Source: Dehalococcoidia bacterium (lineage in GTDB: Bacteria; Chloroflexota; Dehalococcoidia; DSTF01; RBG-16-68-14). Taken from it: a stretch of DNA of 64,000 nucleotides. Position 1 is the stretch's first letter. Each line of letters opens with the position of its first letter. A program made the position numbers and the translations under genes. The stretch spans positions 213,969 through 277,968 of the forward strand of contig JBBDXS010000019.1 in NCBI GenBank assembly GCA_040902195.1, read 5' to 3'. Shown piece by piece: positions 19,238 through 29,131 of this stretch. The notes beneath the pieces are model-generated. The model saw nothing but the letters and a program-made list of their open reading frames with translations. It was not told where the DNA came from and ran no database searches.

Positions 19238-20350
19238 TTAACCGGACGCTGCCGTATGCAGCGCCCCCGCAGCTTCCCCGAAGCCTCTCACTAGCTCTGA
19301 CATCACGTCATCGACCGAGCGGACGCGGTTCATGCTGCCGACGATCTGGCCCACCGGCGACGTTACCAGCTCGCGCGCGCCTTCGCTCTCATCCGCGAAG
19401 CGATGCATGCGGCTCATTGCATCCGCGTTCAGAAGGAACTGTAGCGGCATGGGCAGCGCGCCCGGCGACTCGACGCCGTCCCAGGCGTCCGTCCAGGGCG
19501 TGCGCAGCAGCCGGGCCGTCTTGCCGGTCATCGCCCGGCTGCGGACGGTGTCGCTGGAACCCGCGTGCAGGAGTTTCTCGATCACGGCGGGAGGCGTGTC
19601 GCTCTCTTCTGTCGTCAGCCAGATCGATCCCGTCCACGCCGCCTCCGCTCCCAGCGCGAGCGCGGCCGCGACCTGCCGCCCTTCACCGATGCCGCCTGCC
19701 GCCGCGACCGGAACTGGATGCACCGCGTCGACAACTTGTGGGACGAGCACCATCGTGCTCACCGCGCCGGTGTGGCCGCCCGCCTCCGTCCCGACGGCCA
19801 CGATCATGTCGCAGCCCGCCTCGACGTGGCGTTTCGCGTGTTCCGGCGTGCCGGCCAGCGCCGCGACGAGCGCGCCCCGTCGATGCGCTTCCTCGACCGT
19901 CGCGCGCGGCGGCGGGCCGAGCGCGCTCGCGAGCAGCTTGATCGGGTGCGCGAACGCGATCTCGGCCTGGCGCGTCGCGTTCTCGAGCGTCCAGCCCAGC
20001 AGCCCTTCCGTCGCCGATTCGCCCTCCGGCAAGGCCGGGACGTTGTAGCGCCGAAGAACGTCCTGCACCCACTGTCGGTGGCCCTCCGGGATCATCGCTT
20101 CGAGATCGATCTTCTCCGCGCCGGCCGCCTTCTCGACCGCGGGCACGACGATATCGACGCCGTAGGGCTTGCCATCGATGTGCTCGTCAATCCAGGCCAG
20201 CTCATTCTCGAGCTCGTCGGCGGAGTAGCCGACGGCGCCGAATACGCCCAGCCCGCCGCACCTGCTCACAGCGGCGACGACGTCGCGGCTGTGGCTGAAC
20301 GCGAAGATCGGGTACTCGATGCTAAACAGTTCGCAGACACGGGTTCGCAT
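19238..20350 (-). CDS. nitronate monooxygenase / 2-nitropropane dioxygenase family FMN oxidoreductase
   Basis: 371 aa from the ATG at 20350 (MRTRVCELFSIEYPIFAFSHS); NMO-like TIM barrel. Confidence 0.8.
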   Translation of the reverse strand: MRTRVCELFSIEYPIFAFSHSRDVVAAVSRCGGLGVFGAVGYSADELENELAWIDEHIDGKPYGVDIVVPAVEKAAGAEKIDLEAMIPEGHRQWVQDVLRRYNVPALPEGESATEGLLGWTLENATRQAEIAFAHPIKLLASALGPPPRATVEEAHRRGALVAALAGTPEHAKRHVEAGCDMIVAVGTEAGGHTGAVSTMVLVPQVVDAVHPVPVAAAGGIGEGRQVAAALALGAEAAWTGSIWLTTEESDTPPAVIEKLLHAGSSDTVRSRAMTGKTARLLRTPWTDAWDGVESPGALPMPLQFLLNADAMSRMHRFADESEGARELVTSPVGQIVGSMNRVRSVDDVMSELVRGFGEAAGALHTAASG

Positions 20351-20363
20351 ATTCGATCTCACC

Positions 20364-21572
20364 TCAGGCTGGAGTGATGCGCATCGGGATGTGCTTGACG
20401 CCGTTGATGAAGTTCGAGCGCAGCCGCGCAACGGGACCAGTCAGCTCGAACGAGGCGATGCTCTTCAGCAGCTCCTCGAAGATCAGGTTGATCTCCAGCC
20501 GGGCCAGGCTGTAGCCCAGGCAGAAGTGCGCGCCGCCGCCGCCGAACGTGATGTGCGGGTTCGGATTGCGCCGCACATCGAAGCGGTTGCTGTCCGGAAA
20601 CACCTCTTCGTCGCGGTTGCCAGAGATGTACCACAACGTAACGGGATCGCCCGCAGCAAGTTGCTGTCCGCGCAGCTCGATGTCTTGCGTCAGCGTCCGC
20701 CGGAAGTACATTACGGGCGTCACCCAGCGCAGCATCTCTTCGACCGTCGTCGGCAGTAGCGATGGGTCCCTCTGCACGTCCGAGAGCTGGTCGCCATGCT
20801 CGATCAGCGCCAGCATGCCGCCCGAGATGAGATTGCGCGTCGTCTCGTTGCCCGCAACGGCGAGCAACAAAAAGAAGACGTTGAACTCGATCGGCGTAAG
20901 CTTCTCGCCGTCGATCTCGGCCTCCATCAGCACGCTCACGAGATCATCTTGCGGCACGTCGCGACGCACCTGCGCGAGCTTGTCGGCGTACGCGAACATA
21001 TTGATCGCGGCCTGTTGCGCGTCGTCTTGCGTCAGGCCGTACTCGGGGTCTTCCACGCCGACCATGCGGTTGCTCCACTCGAAGATCGAGTGCCTGTCTT
21101 CCTGCGGGATGCCAATCATCTCGGCGATGACGCGCAGCGGCAGCTCGGCCGCGACCTCCGTCACGAAGTCGAACTCGCGCTTCTCCAGGGCGTCGCGCAC
21201 GATCGATTGCGCGATGCCGCGCACGTGCTGCTCCATCTGCCGGATCATCTTCGGCGTGAACCCCATGTTCACCAGCGTCCGAAGCTTCGTGTGCTGGGGC
21301 GGGTCCATGTTCAGCATCATCAGCTCGTAGCCGCCCTGGTTGATGTCGTCGCCGAGGATCACGCCCTTCGCGGACGAGAAGATGTCCGAGTGCTGGGAGG
21401 CATACACGATGTCGGCGTGCTTCGTGAGCACCCAGAACGGGCGGCCCCGCTCGGACTCTTGGCGGTAGACCGGCGCCTCCCGCCGCAGCCGCGCGAACGC
21501 CTCGTGCGGTACGCCGCCGACGAACGTGTCCGGGCTATCGAGTCGCGGGTTTGTGATCGTAGCGCTGGTCAT
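20364..21572 (-). CDS. cytochrome P450
   Basis: C-terminal FGGGGAHFCLG heme-cysteine loop. ATG at 21572 preceded by AGGAGG. Confidence 0.9.
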   Translation of the reverse strand: MTSATITNPRLDSPDTFVGGVPHEAFARLRREAPVYRQESERGRPFWVLTKHADIVYASQHSDIFSSAKGVILGDDINQGGYELMMLNMDPPQHTKLRTLVNMGFTPKMIRQMEQHVRGIAQSIVRDALEKREFDFVTEVAAELPLRVIAEMIGIPQEDRHSIFEWSNRMVGVEDPEYGLTQDDAQQAAINMFAYADKLAQVRRDVPQDDLVSVLMEAEIDGEKLTPIEFNVFFLLLAVAGNETTRNLISGGMLALIEHGDQLSDVQRDPSLLPTTVEEMLRWVTPVMYFRRTLTQDIELRGQQLAAGDPVTLWYISGNRDEEVFPDSNRFDVRRNPNPHITFGGGGAHFCLGYSLARLEINLIFEELLKSIASFELTGPVARLRSNFINGVKHIPMRITPA

Positions 21573-21582
21573 CGTGTCCCTC

Positions 21583-22779
21583 CTAGTACGAGCGTGGCAG
21601 GCCCAGGTCCTGCTCCGCAACGAAGTTCAGGATCATCTCGCGGCTCACCGGCGCCGTCTTCAGGATGCGCGCGCCGTTCCAGAGCTGGATCAGCCCGTAC
21701 TCGTCCGAGAAGCCGTTGCCGCCGTGCACCTCGATCGCGACGTCGGCCGCCCGGATCGCCAGGTCGGCCGCGAGGAACTTCGCCATGTTCGCCAGGCTCC
21801 CTACCTGCGCCGGATCGAGTCCCTGATCGTAGGCCCAGGCCGCCTTGTACGTCATCAGCTTCGCGGCTTCGAGGTTGATCTTCACCTCAGCCATCGGGTG
21901 CGCGATGCCCTGGTACGTGCCGATCGGTTTGTCGCCGAAGACGACGCGCTGCTTCGAGTACTCGACAGCCTTCGCGAGCGCTTGCTGCGCCATCCCCGTG
22001 CAGATGGCGCCCGTAAGGATGCGCTCCGGGTTGAGCGAGTTGAACATGACGAACGCGCCCTGGTCCTCCTCGCCCACGAGGTTGCACGCCGGCACTTCGA
22101 CGTCATCGAAGAAGAGCTGGAACTGCTTGTGCCCGTCGCTCGCCGGGATCGGGATCGGCTGCATCGAGATGCCCTTCGACTTCGTGTCGACGAGGAACAG
22201 CGATATGCCGAAGACTTTCGGCTTGCCTTGCTCCTTCAGCTCCTCGACCGACGTCGTCCGCGCGACGAGGAGCATGTAGTCGGACTGGTCGACGCCGGTA
22301 ATGAAGACTTTCTGTCCGTTGATCCGGTACGAGTCGCCGTTGCGCTTCGCGGACGTCTCGAGCCGGAACGTGTTCGTCCCGGCGTTCGGCTCCGTTACGG
22401 CGAAACAGAGCACCGTGGAGCCATCGACGACCGACGGCAGGATGCGGCGCTTCACGTCCTCCGACGCGTGCTTCACGAGGCACGCGCTGTCCATCGCCGT
22501 CACGAGCAGCAACCCGGGCGAGAACCCCTGCGCGACAATCTCCTCGAAGCCGTACGCGAGCGGGAGCAGCCCCGCGCCTGTGCCGCCGTACTCCGGGGGG
22601 ACGAGGCAGCCCATCAGCCCCACGTCCGCGAAGTCCTTCCACAGCTCTTCCGGGAAGACCCCCTCGGTGTTCATGATGCGCCGGATCTCTTGCCGTCTCG
22701 GCACGTATTTCTGCAGCATCGAACGCACGCTGTCGCGGATGAGACGTTCTTCTTCGGGCGGCGTGAAATCGAGTGACAT
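21583..22779 (-). CDS. acyl-CoA dehydrogenase
   Basis: 398 aa; ACAD fold with VTEPNAGTN, GQKVFITG and a C-terminal catalytic region. Confidence 0.9.
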   Translation of the reverse strand: MSLDFTPPEEERLIRDSVRSMLQKYVPRRQEIRRIMNTEGVFPEELWKDFADVGLMGCLVPPEYGGTGAGLLPLAYGFEEIVAQGFSPGLLLVTAMDSACLVKHASEDVKRRILPSVVDGSTVLCFAVTEPNAGTNTFRLETSAKRNGDSYRINGQKVFITGVDQSDYMLLVARTTSVEELKEQGKPKVFGISLFLVDTKSKGISMQPIPIPASDGHKQFQLFFDDVEVPACNLVGEEDQGAFVMFNSLNPERILTGAICTGMAQQALAKAVEYSKQRVVFGDKPIGTYQGIAHPMAEVKINLEAAKLMTYKAAWAYDQGLDPAQVGSLANMAKFLAADLAIRAADVAIEVHGGNGFSDEYGLIQLWNGARILKTAPVSREMILNFVAEQDLGLPRSY

Positions 22780-22781
22780 CG

Positions 22782-23603
22782 CTATCGTCCTTTGAACTGC
22801 GGCGTCCGCTTCTCTTTGAAGGCTCTCGGCCCTTCACGCGCGTCCTCCGTCGCGTAGACCTCCATGCCGATCCGGAACTCGATCTCGAGCGCCTGCTCTT
22901 CGGGCAACGCCTCGGTCTCCTGTACCGACTGCTTTACTTTCCCGACGGCGACCGGCCCGTTGGCGGCGATGCGCGCGGCGACCTCGCGCGCCACCGCTAG
23001 CGTTTCGCCGTCCGGCACGACGCGACCGATCAGGCCAATTCGGAGCGCCTCGTGCGCGGGGTAGTGGTCGCCAGTGAGAAGCATCTCCATCGCCTTGGTG
23101 TAGGAGATCTGACGCCTCAACCGCACGGTTGAGCCGCCCTGCGGGAACAGGCCCCAGCGCACCTCGGAGATGCCGAAGGTCGCACTCTCTCCGGCGATCC
23201 GGATGTCGGTCGTGAGCAGGACCTCGCTGCCGCCCGCGATACACGGGCCCTCGATCGCCGCGATGAGCGGCTTCGAGAGCCGGTAGCCGCGCAGCAGCCC
23301 CTGGAAGATCACGTTCGGGTCAGCGCGACAGCGCGCCTCGAACTCGTCCTCCGCCGGCACGTTCTTCATCATCCGCGTGACGAGCTGATCGAGGTCGGCG
23401 CCCGCGCAGAACGTCCCCTCCGCGCCCGTGAGGATCACGACACGCACGGCGTCGTCTTCGTTCGCCATCGTCCAGGCGTCCGCCATGCGACAGAGCATCT
23501 CGGGATTGAGCGCGTTTCTCGCGTACGGGCGGTTCATCGTCAGCGTGAGCACCGCGCCGTCGCGGTCGATGAGCAGGGCAGGGGCCTTCATCTCGGTTGC
23601 CAT
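22782..23603 (-). CDS. enoyl-CoA hydratase/isomerase (crotonase family)
   Basis: 273 aa; ILTGAEGTFCAGADL oxyanion-hole motif. Confidence 0.9.
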   Translation of the reverse strand: MATEMKAPALLIDRDGAVLTLTMNRPYARNALNPEMLCRMADAWTMANEDDAVRVVILTGAEGTFCAGADLDQLVTRMMKNVPAEDEFEARCRADPNVIFQGLLRGYRLSKPLIAAIEGPCIAGGSEVLLTTDIRIAGESATFGISEVRWGLFPQGGSTVRLRRQISYTKAMEMLLTGDHYPAHEALRIGLIGRVVPDGETLAVAREVAARIAANGPVAVGKVKQSVQETEALPEEQALEIEFRIGMEVYATEDAREGPRAFKEKRTPQFKGR

Positions 23604-23605
23604 CG

Positions 23606-25219
23606 TTACGCTGTCTCTCCTACCGCTTGCTCGGCGCTCAGCGCCTGCTCTTTCGCCCAGCGATAGTCCGCTTTACCGCTCGGCTGCCGCATCATCTCGT
23701 CGACGACGCACAGCAGTCGAGGGACCTTGTAGCCCGCGATGTGTTGTCGCGCGTGCGCATCGACGTCCTCGAGCGTGAGCGCCTGCCCGTCGCGCAGTTG
23801 CACAACAGCCGCGACCCGCTCGCCCCAGCGCTCGTCCGGCAAGCCGACGACGACGGCGTCGAACACGGCGGGGTGCTTTCTCAGCGCCGCCTCGACTTCT
23901 TCCGGGAAGACCTTCTCGCCGCCACTGTTGATGCACTGCGAGCCGCGGCCCAGCAGCGTGATCGCGCCGTCCGCCTCGATTATTGCCATGTCGCCGGGGA
24001 TCACCCAGCGCGTCCCGTCGATGTCGAGGAACGTCTTCGCCGTCTTCTCAGGGTCCTTGTAGTAGCCGAGCGGAATGTGCCCTCGACGCGCCAGCATGCC
24101 GGCGATTCCCGAGCCGGGCGCGATCGGCCGGTGGTGTTCGTCCAGTACCGCCGTGTGATCGTGTCCTTGGAAGCGCGGCCCCTGCGCTCCCGGGTCGCGC
24201 TCGACGCCGTGGCCCTGATTACCGCCCTCGCTGCCGCCAAACGTATCGAGCAGGATCGTGTTCGGCAGCTTGGCGCGCAGTTGCTCCTTCACGGCGTCCG
24301 AGAACGTCGCGCCGCCGGAGCCGATCACCATCAGCGACGACGTGTCGTAGCTTTCGTCGAGCGCTTCCGCCAGCGGCCGCCCGATCGCGTCGCCGACGAT
24401 CGAGAGCGCCTGCACCTTCTCGTCCTCCACAAGACGCCACACCTGCGCGGGATCAAATCGTTTTCCCGGCGCGAGGATCGTCTTGCCGCCCGCGTAGAGG
24501 AAGATCATTGCTGCCCACTGCGCGGCGCCGTGCATCAGCGGCGCGACCGGGAACGACGTCACGTCCGCGCTGCTCTTCGCGTTCTCGGCGACTTGCTCCG
24601 GCCGCTCCGGCGGCGCGCCGTACGGGTTGCCGCCCGAGAGCGCTGCGAAGAACAAGTCCTCGTGGCGCCACATCACGCCCTTGGGCATGCCGGTCGTGCC
24701 GCCCGTGTACAGGATATAGAGGTCGTCCGCCGATCGCGGCGGGAAATCGCGTGTCGATGGCGACGCCGCGATCGCTTCCTCGTAGTCGCTCGATCCGATC
24801 GTGGAGCAGTCGGCGTCGCTGCCGTCCTCGACGGCGAGGAACGTACGCAGCTTCGGTAAGTCGCTGGCGATCGCGGCGATGCGCGGCGCGAACTCCCGGT
24901 GGTGGATGACGCCGGCGAGGTCCGCGTTGTCGAACAGGTAGCGCAGCTCTTCTTCGACGTAGCGATAGTTGATGTTGATCGGCACCGCGCGGATCTTGTA
25001 CGCCGCCAGCGATGCCTCCATGTACTCTGAGCCGTTATACAGGTAGAGACCGATGTGGTCTCCCTTGCCGAGCCCTTGCGCGCGCAGCCAGTGCGCGAGG
25101 CGCGTCGCGCGCTCGTCGAGCTGCGCGAACGTCAGGCGGCGGTTGCCGCACACGATCGCCTCGCGCTCCGGCACGGCGTCCGCGACGTCTTCGAACAGGT
25201 CGGCCAGGTTGAACTCCAT
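23606..25219 (-). CDS. AMP-dependent acyl-CoA synthetase/ligase (FadD-like)
   Basis: 537 aa; YTGGTTGMPKGV AMP-binding motif; AGGAGG Shine-Dalgarno. Confidence 0.9.
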   Translation of the reverse strand: MEFNLADLFEDVADAVPEREAIVCGNRRLTFAQLDERATRLAHWLRAQGLGKGDHIGLYLYNGSEYMEASLAAYKIRAVPININYRYVEEELRYLFDNADLAGVIHHREFAPRIAAIASDLPKLRTFLAVEDGSDADCSTIGSSDYEEAIAASPSTRDFPPRSADDLYILYTGGTTGMPKGVMWRHEDLFFAALSGGNPYGAPPERPEQVAENAKSSADVTSFPVAPLMHGAAQWAAMIFLYAGGKTILAPGKRFDPAQVWRLVEDEKVQALSIVGDAIGRPLAEALDESYDTSSLMVIGSGGATFSDAVKEQLRAKLPNTILLDTFGGSEGGNQGHGVERDPGAQGPRFQGHDHTAVLDEHHRPIAPGSGIAGMLARRGHIPLGYYKDPEKTAKTFLDIDGTRWVIPGDMAIIEADGAITLLGRGSQCINSGGEKVFPEEVEAALRKHPAVFDAVVVGLPDERWGERVAAVVQLRDGQALTLEDVDAHARQHIAGYKVPRLLCVVDEMMRQPSGKADYRWAKEQALSAEQAVGETA

Positions 25220-25228
25220 GCCCGCCTC

Positions 25229-26386
25229 CTACGGCTTCTCGCTCCCGACGATCCACATCGAGAAGAACTGTGACCCGCCCCCGTACGCGTGCCCGAGCGC
25301 CTTGCGCGCGCCGTCGATCTGGTGCTCGCCCGCGAGGCCGCGCACTTGCAACGCCGCCTCGGCGAAACGGAGCATCCCGGACGCGCCGATCGGGTTCGAT
25401 GACAGCACGCCGCCCGACGCGTTTACCGGCAGCTCGCCGTCGAGCGCCGTCGCGCCGCCGAGTGTCATCTTCCAGCCTTCGCCTTCTTCCGCGAAGCCGA
25501 GGTTCTCGAGCCACATCGGCTCGAACCAGCTAAACGGCACGTAGATCTCCGCCGCGTCGATCTCCCCGCGCGGGTTCTCGATGCCGGCTTCCGCATAGAC
25601 GGCGGCGGCGCACTCGCGTCCGGCGCGCGGGCTCACTTCGTCGCGCCCGGGGAACATGATCGGCTCGCTGCGCATCGCGGTCGCGTGTACCCACGCCGGC
25701 GCCTTCGCTGCGCGGTCGCCGCCCGCTTCGTTCGTGAGCACCATCGCGCAGGCGCCGTCGGATGAGGGACACGTTTCGTGGAATCGAACGGGCTCCCACA
25801 ACATCGGCGACTCCGCGATCGTGTCGTAGGTCAGCGACTCGTCGCGGATGTGCGCGTAGGGGTTCTTCAACGCGTTCTGCCGGTCCTTCAGCGCGACGCG
25901 TATGCCAACGTCGTCCGGCGCGTTCGACCGCTCGATGTACGCGCGGATGTGCGGCGCGAAGTATCCGCCCGCGCCCGCGACGACGGGCGGCTGGAACGGG
26001 ATCTTCGGCGTAAGCGCCCACATCGCATTGCTCTCCGACTGTTTCTCGAACGCGACGGTTAGCACGCGCTCGTGGATGCCGCCTTGTATCAGGCTCGACG
26101 CGGCGATCGCCGTCGAACCGCCGACGCTGCCCGCCGTGTGCACACGCATCATCGGTTTGCCGCTCGCCCCCAGCGCGTCGGCGAGGTAGAGCTCGGGCAT
26201 CATCACGCCCTCGAACAGGTCGGGCGCCTTGCCGATCACGACAGCGTCGATGTCGCCCCACGACATGTCCGCGTCCTCGAGCGCGCGCGACGCCGCCTCG
26301 CGCACAAGTCCGGCGATCGAAACGTCGTCGCGCCGCGAGGCGTGCTTTGTCTGTCCGATGCCCACCACGGCGCAGCGCTCCGCCAT
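25229..26386 (-). CDS. SCP-x-type thiolase-like protein (lipid-transfer-protein family)
   Basis: Start at internal ATG 26386 (MAERCAVVGIGQTKH...), which forms an ATGA overlap with the upstream stop; nsLTP-thiolase-like. Confidence 0.82.
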   Translation of the reverse strand: MAERCAVVGIGQTKHASRRDDVSIAGLVREAASRALEDADMSWGDIDAVVIGKAPDLFEGVMMPELYLADALGASGKPMMRVHTAGSVGGSTAIAASSLIQGGIHERVLTVAFEKQSESNAMWALTPKIPFQPPVVAGAGGYFAPHIRAYIERSNAPDDVGIRVALKDRQNALKNPYAHIRDESLTYDTIAESPMLWEPVRFHETCPSSDGACAMVLTNEAGGDRAAKAPAWVHATAMRSEPIMFPGRDEVSPRAGRECAAAVYAEAGIENPRGEIDAAEIYVPFSWFEPMWLENLGFAEEGEGWKMTLGGATALDGELPVNASGGVLSSNPIGASGMLRFAEAALQVRGLAGEHQIDGARKALGHAYGGGSQFFSMWIVGSEKP

Positions 26387-27405
26387 CACGCCGCCTCCAT
26401 CACGCAGACGAGGTTCTGTTGCAGGCACGGCCCCGCGCTCGCGTGGGCCAGCGCGCGCTTCGCCTCGCCGCTCATGATGCGCGAGGCCGCCTCACCGATG
26501 CGGATCAGCCCGGTGACCATCACGGGATCGGCCGCCAGCGCGCCGCCCGATGGGTTGATCGCCACGCCCGCGCCGAGGCCCATCGCTTCGCGCAAGATCA
26601 GCTCCTGGTGTGTGTACGACGCGTGCAGCTCCGCGACATCGATCGGTCCGTTGCCCGCTCCGACGTGGCGCGCCGCCAGCGCCGCTGATGTCGAGCGCGC
26701 TAGGTCGCGCAAGCCAAGCCCCTGCGGCTCGATGCGGTGGTCGATGCCCCGGATCCACGCCGGCCGCTCGCATATCTCGCGTGCGAGATTGCCCGCCGCC
26801 AGCACGACCGCGGCCGCCCCGTCTGAGACGGGTGGGCAGTCGTGCTCGCGCAAGGGCGAGGCGACGTACGGTAGGGTGAGCAGCTCGTCGATTGTCGCGT
26901 CGCGCCGGCCGCGCGCGGCCACGGCGGCCATATCGCGCTCGGTGTAGTCCGAGCCCTCCAGCAGCGCGCGCGCCTGGAGCGCGGCGATCGCGTGCGTGTC
27001 CGGCCACAACGGCGCGACGTAGTAGGGATCGAGCTGGAGCGTCAGCACGTCGCGGATGCTGCCGAGCGAAGACTTGCCGAACGCGTAGACCAGCGCGGAA
27101 TCGATCTCGTCGTGCTGCATCCGCACCCACGCCTCGTAGAGCGCCCACGCACCGTCCTGCTCCACGTGCGACTCCTGCTTCGGCGGCCACAGCCCGACGG
27201 CGTCCAGCGCCGTCACGAAGGCGAACGGCTGCCCGGCCAGATAGTCGCACGAGCCGGACATCACGAAGCCGATCTCTTGGATCGACAACCCCGCGCGGTC
27301 GAGCGCCTCGCGAACGACCGGGGCGAGCATCTCCACCTCGTTCCGTTCGGCGTCAGGAGAGAAGCTCGGCGCCTGCGCGAACGCGACAACGGCGACTTCA
27401 CGCAT
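26386..27405 (-). CDS. second SCP-x-type thiolase-like protein (paralogous partner subunit)
   Basis: Start at ATG 27405 (MREVAVVAFAQAPSF...), 8 nt inside the end of the upstream gene; thiolase-like fold. Confidence 0.78.
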   Translation of the reverse strand: MREVAVVAFAQAPSFSPDAERNEVEMLAPVVREALDRAGLSIQEIGFVMSGSCDYLAGQPFAFVTALDAVGLWPPKQESHVEQDGAWALYEAWVRMQHDEIDSALVYAFGKSSLGSIRDVLTLQLDPYYVAPLWPDTHAIAALQARALLEGSDYTERDMAAVAARGRRDATIDELLTLPYVASPLREHDCPPVSDGAAAVVLAAGNLAREICERPAWIRGIDHRIEPQGLGLRDLARSTSAALAARHVGAGNGPIDVAELHASYTHQELILREAMGLGAGVAINPSGGALAADPVMVTGLIRIGEAASRIMSGEAKRALAHASAGPCLQQNLVCVMEAA

Positions 27406-27853
27406 GGTCGCCCCCGACGGGCCGGAAATAGCGCACGCTCTCCATCGACGGCCGCCGCTCGTTTTCCCAGACCGGCTCAACGCGCAGACCCGTGCGCACT
27501 TCGTTGGCGGAGATCTCCTGCACGAGGTGGAACAGCGCGACATCCGCGCCGTCCAGCATGATCGACGCGCAGGCGTAGGGCGGCTCGACCTGCTGGCCGG
27601 CGAACGGCACGTTCACGATGCAGAACATCGTGACGGTGCCCTGCGGTCCAACGTCGACCTCCTCGTCCGTCGCGATGCCGCAGATCGCGCACGAGCCACG
27701 CCCCGGCACATAGACGCCCTGACACTTTCCGCACCGCTGCCCGACAAAGCGCCGCTCCATCAGCCCGCGCAAAAATCGCGATTGCGCCCGGCCTGCGCTG
27801 AACGTGTACTCCAGTCGTACCGGCGAGACCACACCCAGGACCGGATCGCTCAC
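27398..27853 (-). CDS. DUF35 OB-fold/zinc-ribbon protein (ChsH2-C-terminal-like thiolase partner)
   Basis: 151 aa from the GTG at 27853, which overlaps the upstream stop (GTGA) and is preceded by GGAGGAGG. Rubredoxin-like CGKC...CAIC plus an OB region. Confidence 0.75.
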   Translation of the reverse strand: MSDPVLGVVSPVRLEYTFSAGRAQSRFLRGLMERRFVGQRCGKCQGVYVPGRGSCAICGIATDEEVDVGPQGTVTMFCIVNVPFAGQQVEPPYACASIMLDGADVALFHLVQEISANEVRTGLRVEPVWENERRPSMESVRYFRPVGGDHA

Positions 27854-28314
27854 GACTCCTCCTCCGGCTCGAAGCACTCGAGGTCGCTTAGGTCGCCCTT
27901 GCGCTCGGCTCGCCAGCGAGCCCGCACGCGCATGCCGGTCGCCATCCGTGACTCGTCGCTGGCATCGACGGCCTGCAGCATCGCGGTGTCCGCGCCGTCG
28001 AGCTTGATCAGCGCCCAGGCAAACGGCCTGTCCAGCGGCTGGTGCGGCCGAGGCTCGCTCGCCCACGTCCACGTCGTCACGACGCCGCTCTGACCCACCT
28101 CGACGAGCTCGTCCAGCCCGTCGCCCGTGTCCGGGTCGTATTCCAGCGGCGGCACGATCACCCGGCCGGCGTTCGTCTTGATGCCGAGCAGCTTGCCGGC
28201 GCGCAGCCCTGCGAGAAAACGCCCGACGACCGGCCCGACGCTGCGTGTGTACGCGTACTCGAGGACGTGCGGCGCCGTCAGCGCGGCCTCGGCGGCGACG
28301 GGCGTTTCGCTCAC
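27850..28314 (-). CDS. DUF35-like OB-fold protein (cysteine-less paralog)
   Basis: 154 aa from the GTG at 28314 overlapping the amidohydrolase stop (GTGA). DUF35-like C-terminal OB region, no zinc-ribbon cysteines. Confidence 0.65.
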   Translation of the reverse strand: MSETPVAAEAALTAPHVLEYAYTRSVGPVVGRFLAGLRAGKLLGIKTNAGRVIVPPLEYDPDTGDGLDELVEVGQSGVVTTWTWASEPRPHQPLDRPFAWALIKLDGADTAMLQAVDASDESRMATGMRVRARWRAERKGDLSDLECFEPEEES

Positions 28315-29129
28315 GCTTCGTTCTCTTTGCTGAACAGCAATCGCTGCGCGTTTGCGTAGAGGAACTTGTCGAGCACGCCCTCGCGCAGATCGAGTGCCTC
28401 CGCCTCCGGCACGCACCGCTCGAACGACAGTACCGGGTGGTCCGACGCGAACAGGATCTTGTCCTGCCCGCGCGTGTTCATGAAGTGGATCAGCTCGGGC
28501 GGGAAGTATTTCGGCGCATACGCCGAAGTCTGCAGATAAAGGTTGCGGTACTTGATCATCAGCCGTATCGCGACGTCCCACCACGGGTCCGCTCCGTGCG
28601 CCATCACGATCTTCAGCTCTGGGAAGAAGTAACAGACCTCATCAAGGTGCATCGGGTCCTGCATCTTGCCAGGCACGGGCGGCCCCGGCAGCCCGGTGTT
28701 GATCGCGATCGGCAGGTCCATCTCGATGCATTTCGCGTAGATCGGGTAGTATGCGCGGTCGTCCGGCGGCAGGCCCACCATGAACGGCACGGCACGCGCC
28801 AGCACGACCGGATGCTCGCGTACCAGCCGCTCGAGCGCGCGCACAGCTTTCATGCCCTGCTTCGGCTCGACCTGCACGCTCAGCGCGAAGCGCTCCGGGT
28901 GCTTCTCCGGAAACGACAGCACGTGCGGCGAGGGCGCGTCCGCCGTCGTCGTGAGGACCGCCTTCTCCATGCCGACGCGGTCCATCGCCTCGATCAGCTC
29001 CGGGATCTCGATGTTGCGAAACGTCTCGCTCGCGCGCTTGAAGTAGTCTTCAGCGACGCGCACCAGCCAGTCGGGCGGCGTCGACTCGCCCATATTCACG
29101 TTGACGAAGGTATCGATGCAGCGTGGCAT
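28311..29129 (-). CDS. amidohydrolase-2 (ACMSD/LigJ-like metal-dependent TIM-barrel hydrolase/decarboxylase)
   Basis: 272 aa from the ATG at 29129 (MPRCIDTFVNVNMGE...), 2 nt after the Rieske stop. Amidohydrolase_2-like HxH...D pattern. Confidence 0.75.
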   Translation of the reverse strand: MPRCIDTFVNVNMGESTPPDWLVRVAEDYFKRASETFRNIEIPELIEAMDRVGMEKAVLTTTADAPSPHVLSFPEKHPERFALSVQVEPKQGMKAVRALERLVREHPVVLARAVPFMVGLPPDDRAYYPIYAKCIEMDLPIAINTGLPGPPVPGKMQDPMHLDEVCYFFPELKIVMAHGADPWWDVAIRLMIKYRNLYLQTSAYAPKYFPPELIHFMNTRGQDKILFASDHPVLSFERCVPEAEALDLREGVLDKFLYANAQRLLFSKENEA

Positions 29130-29131
29130 GG

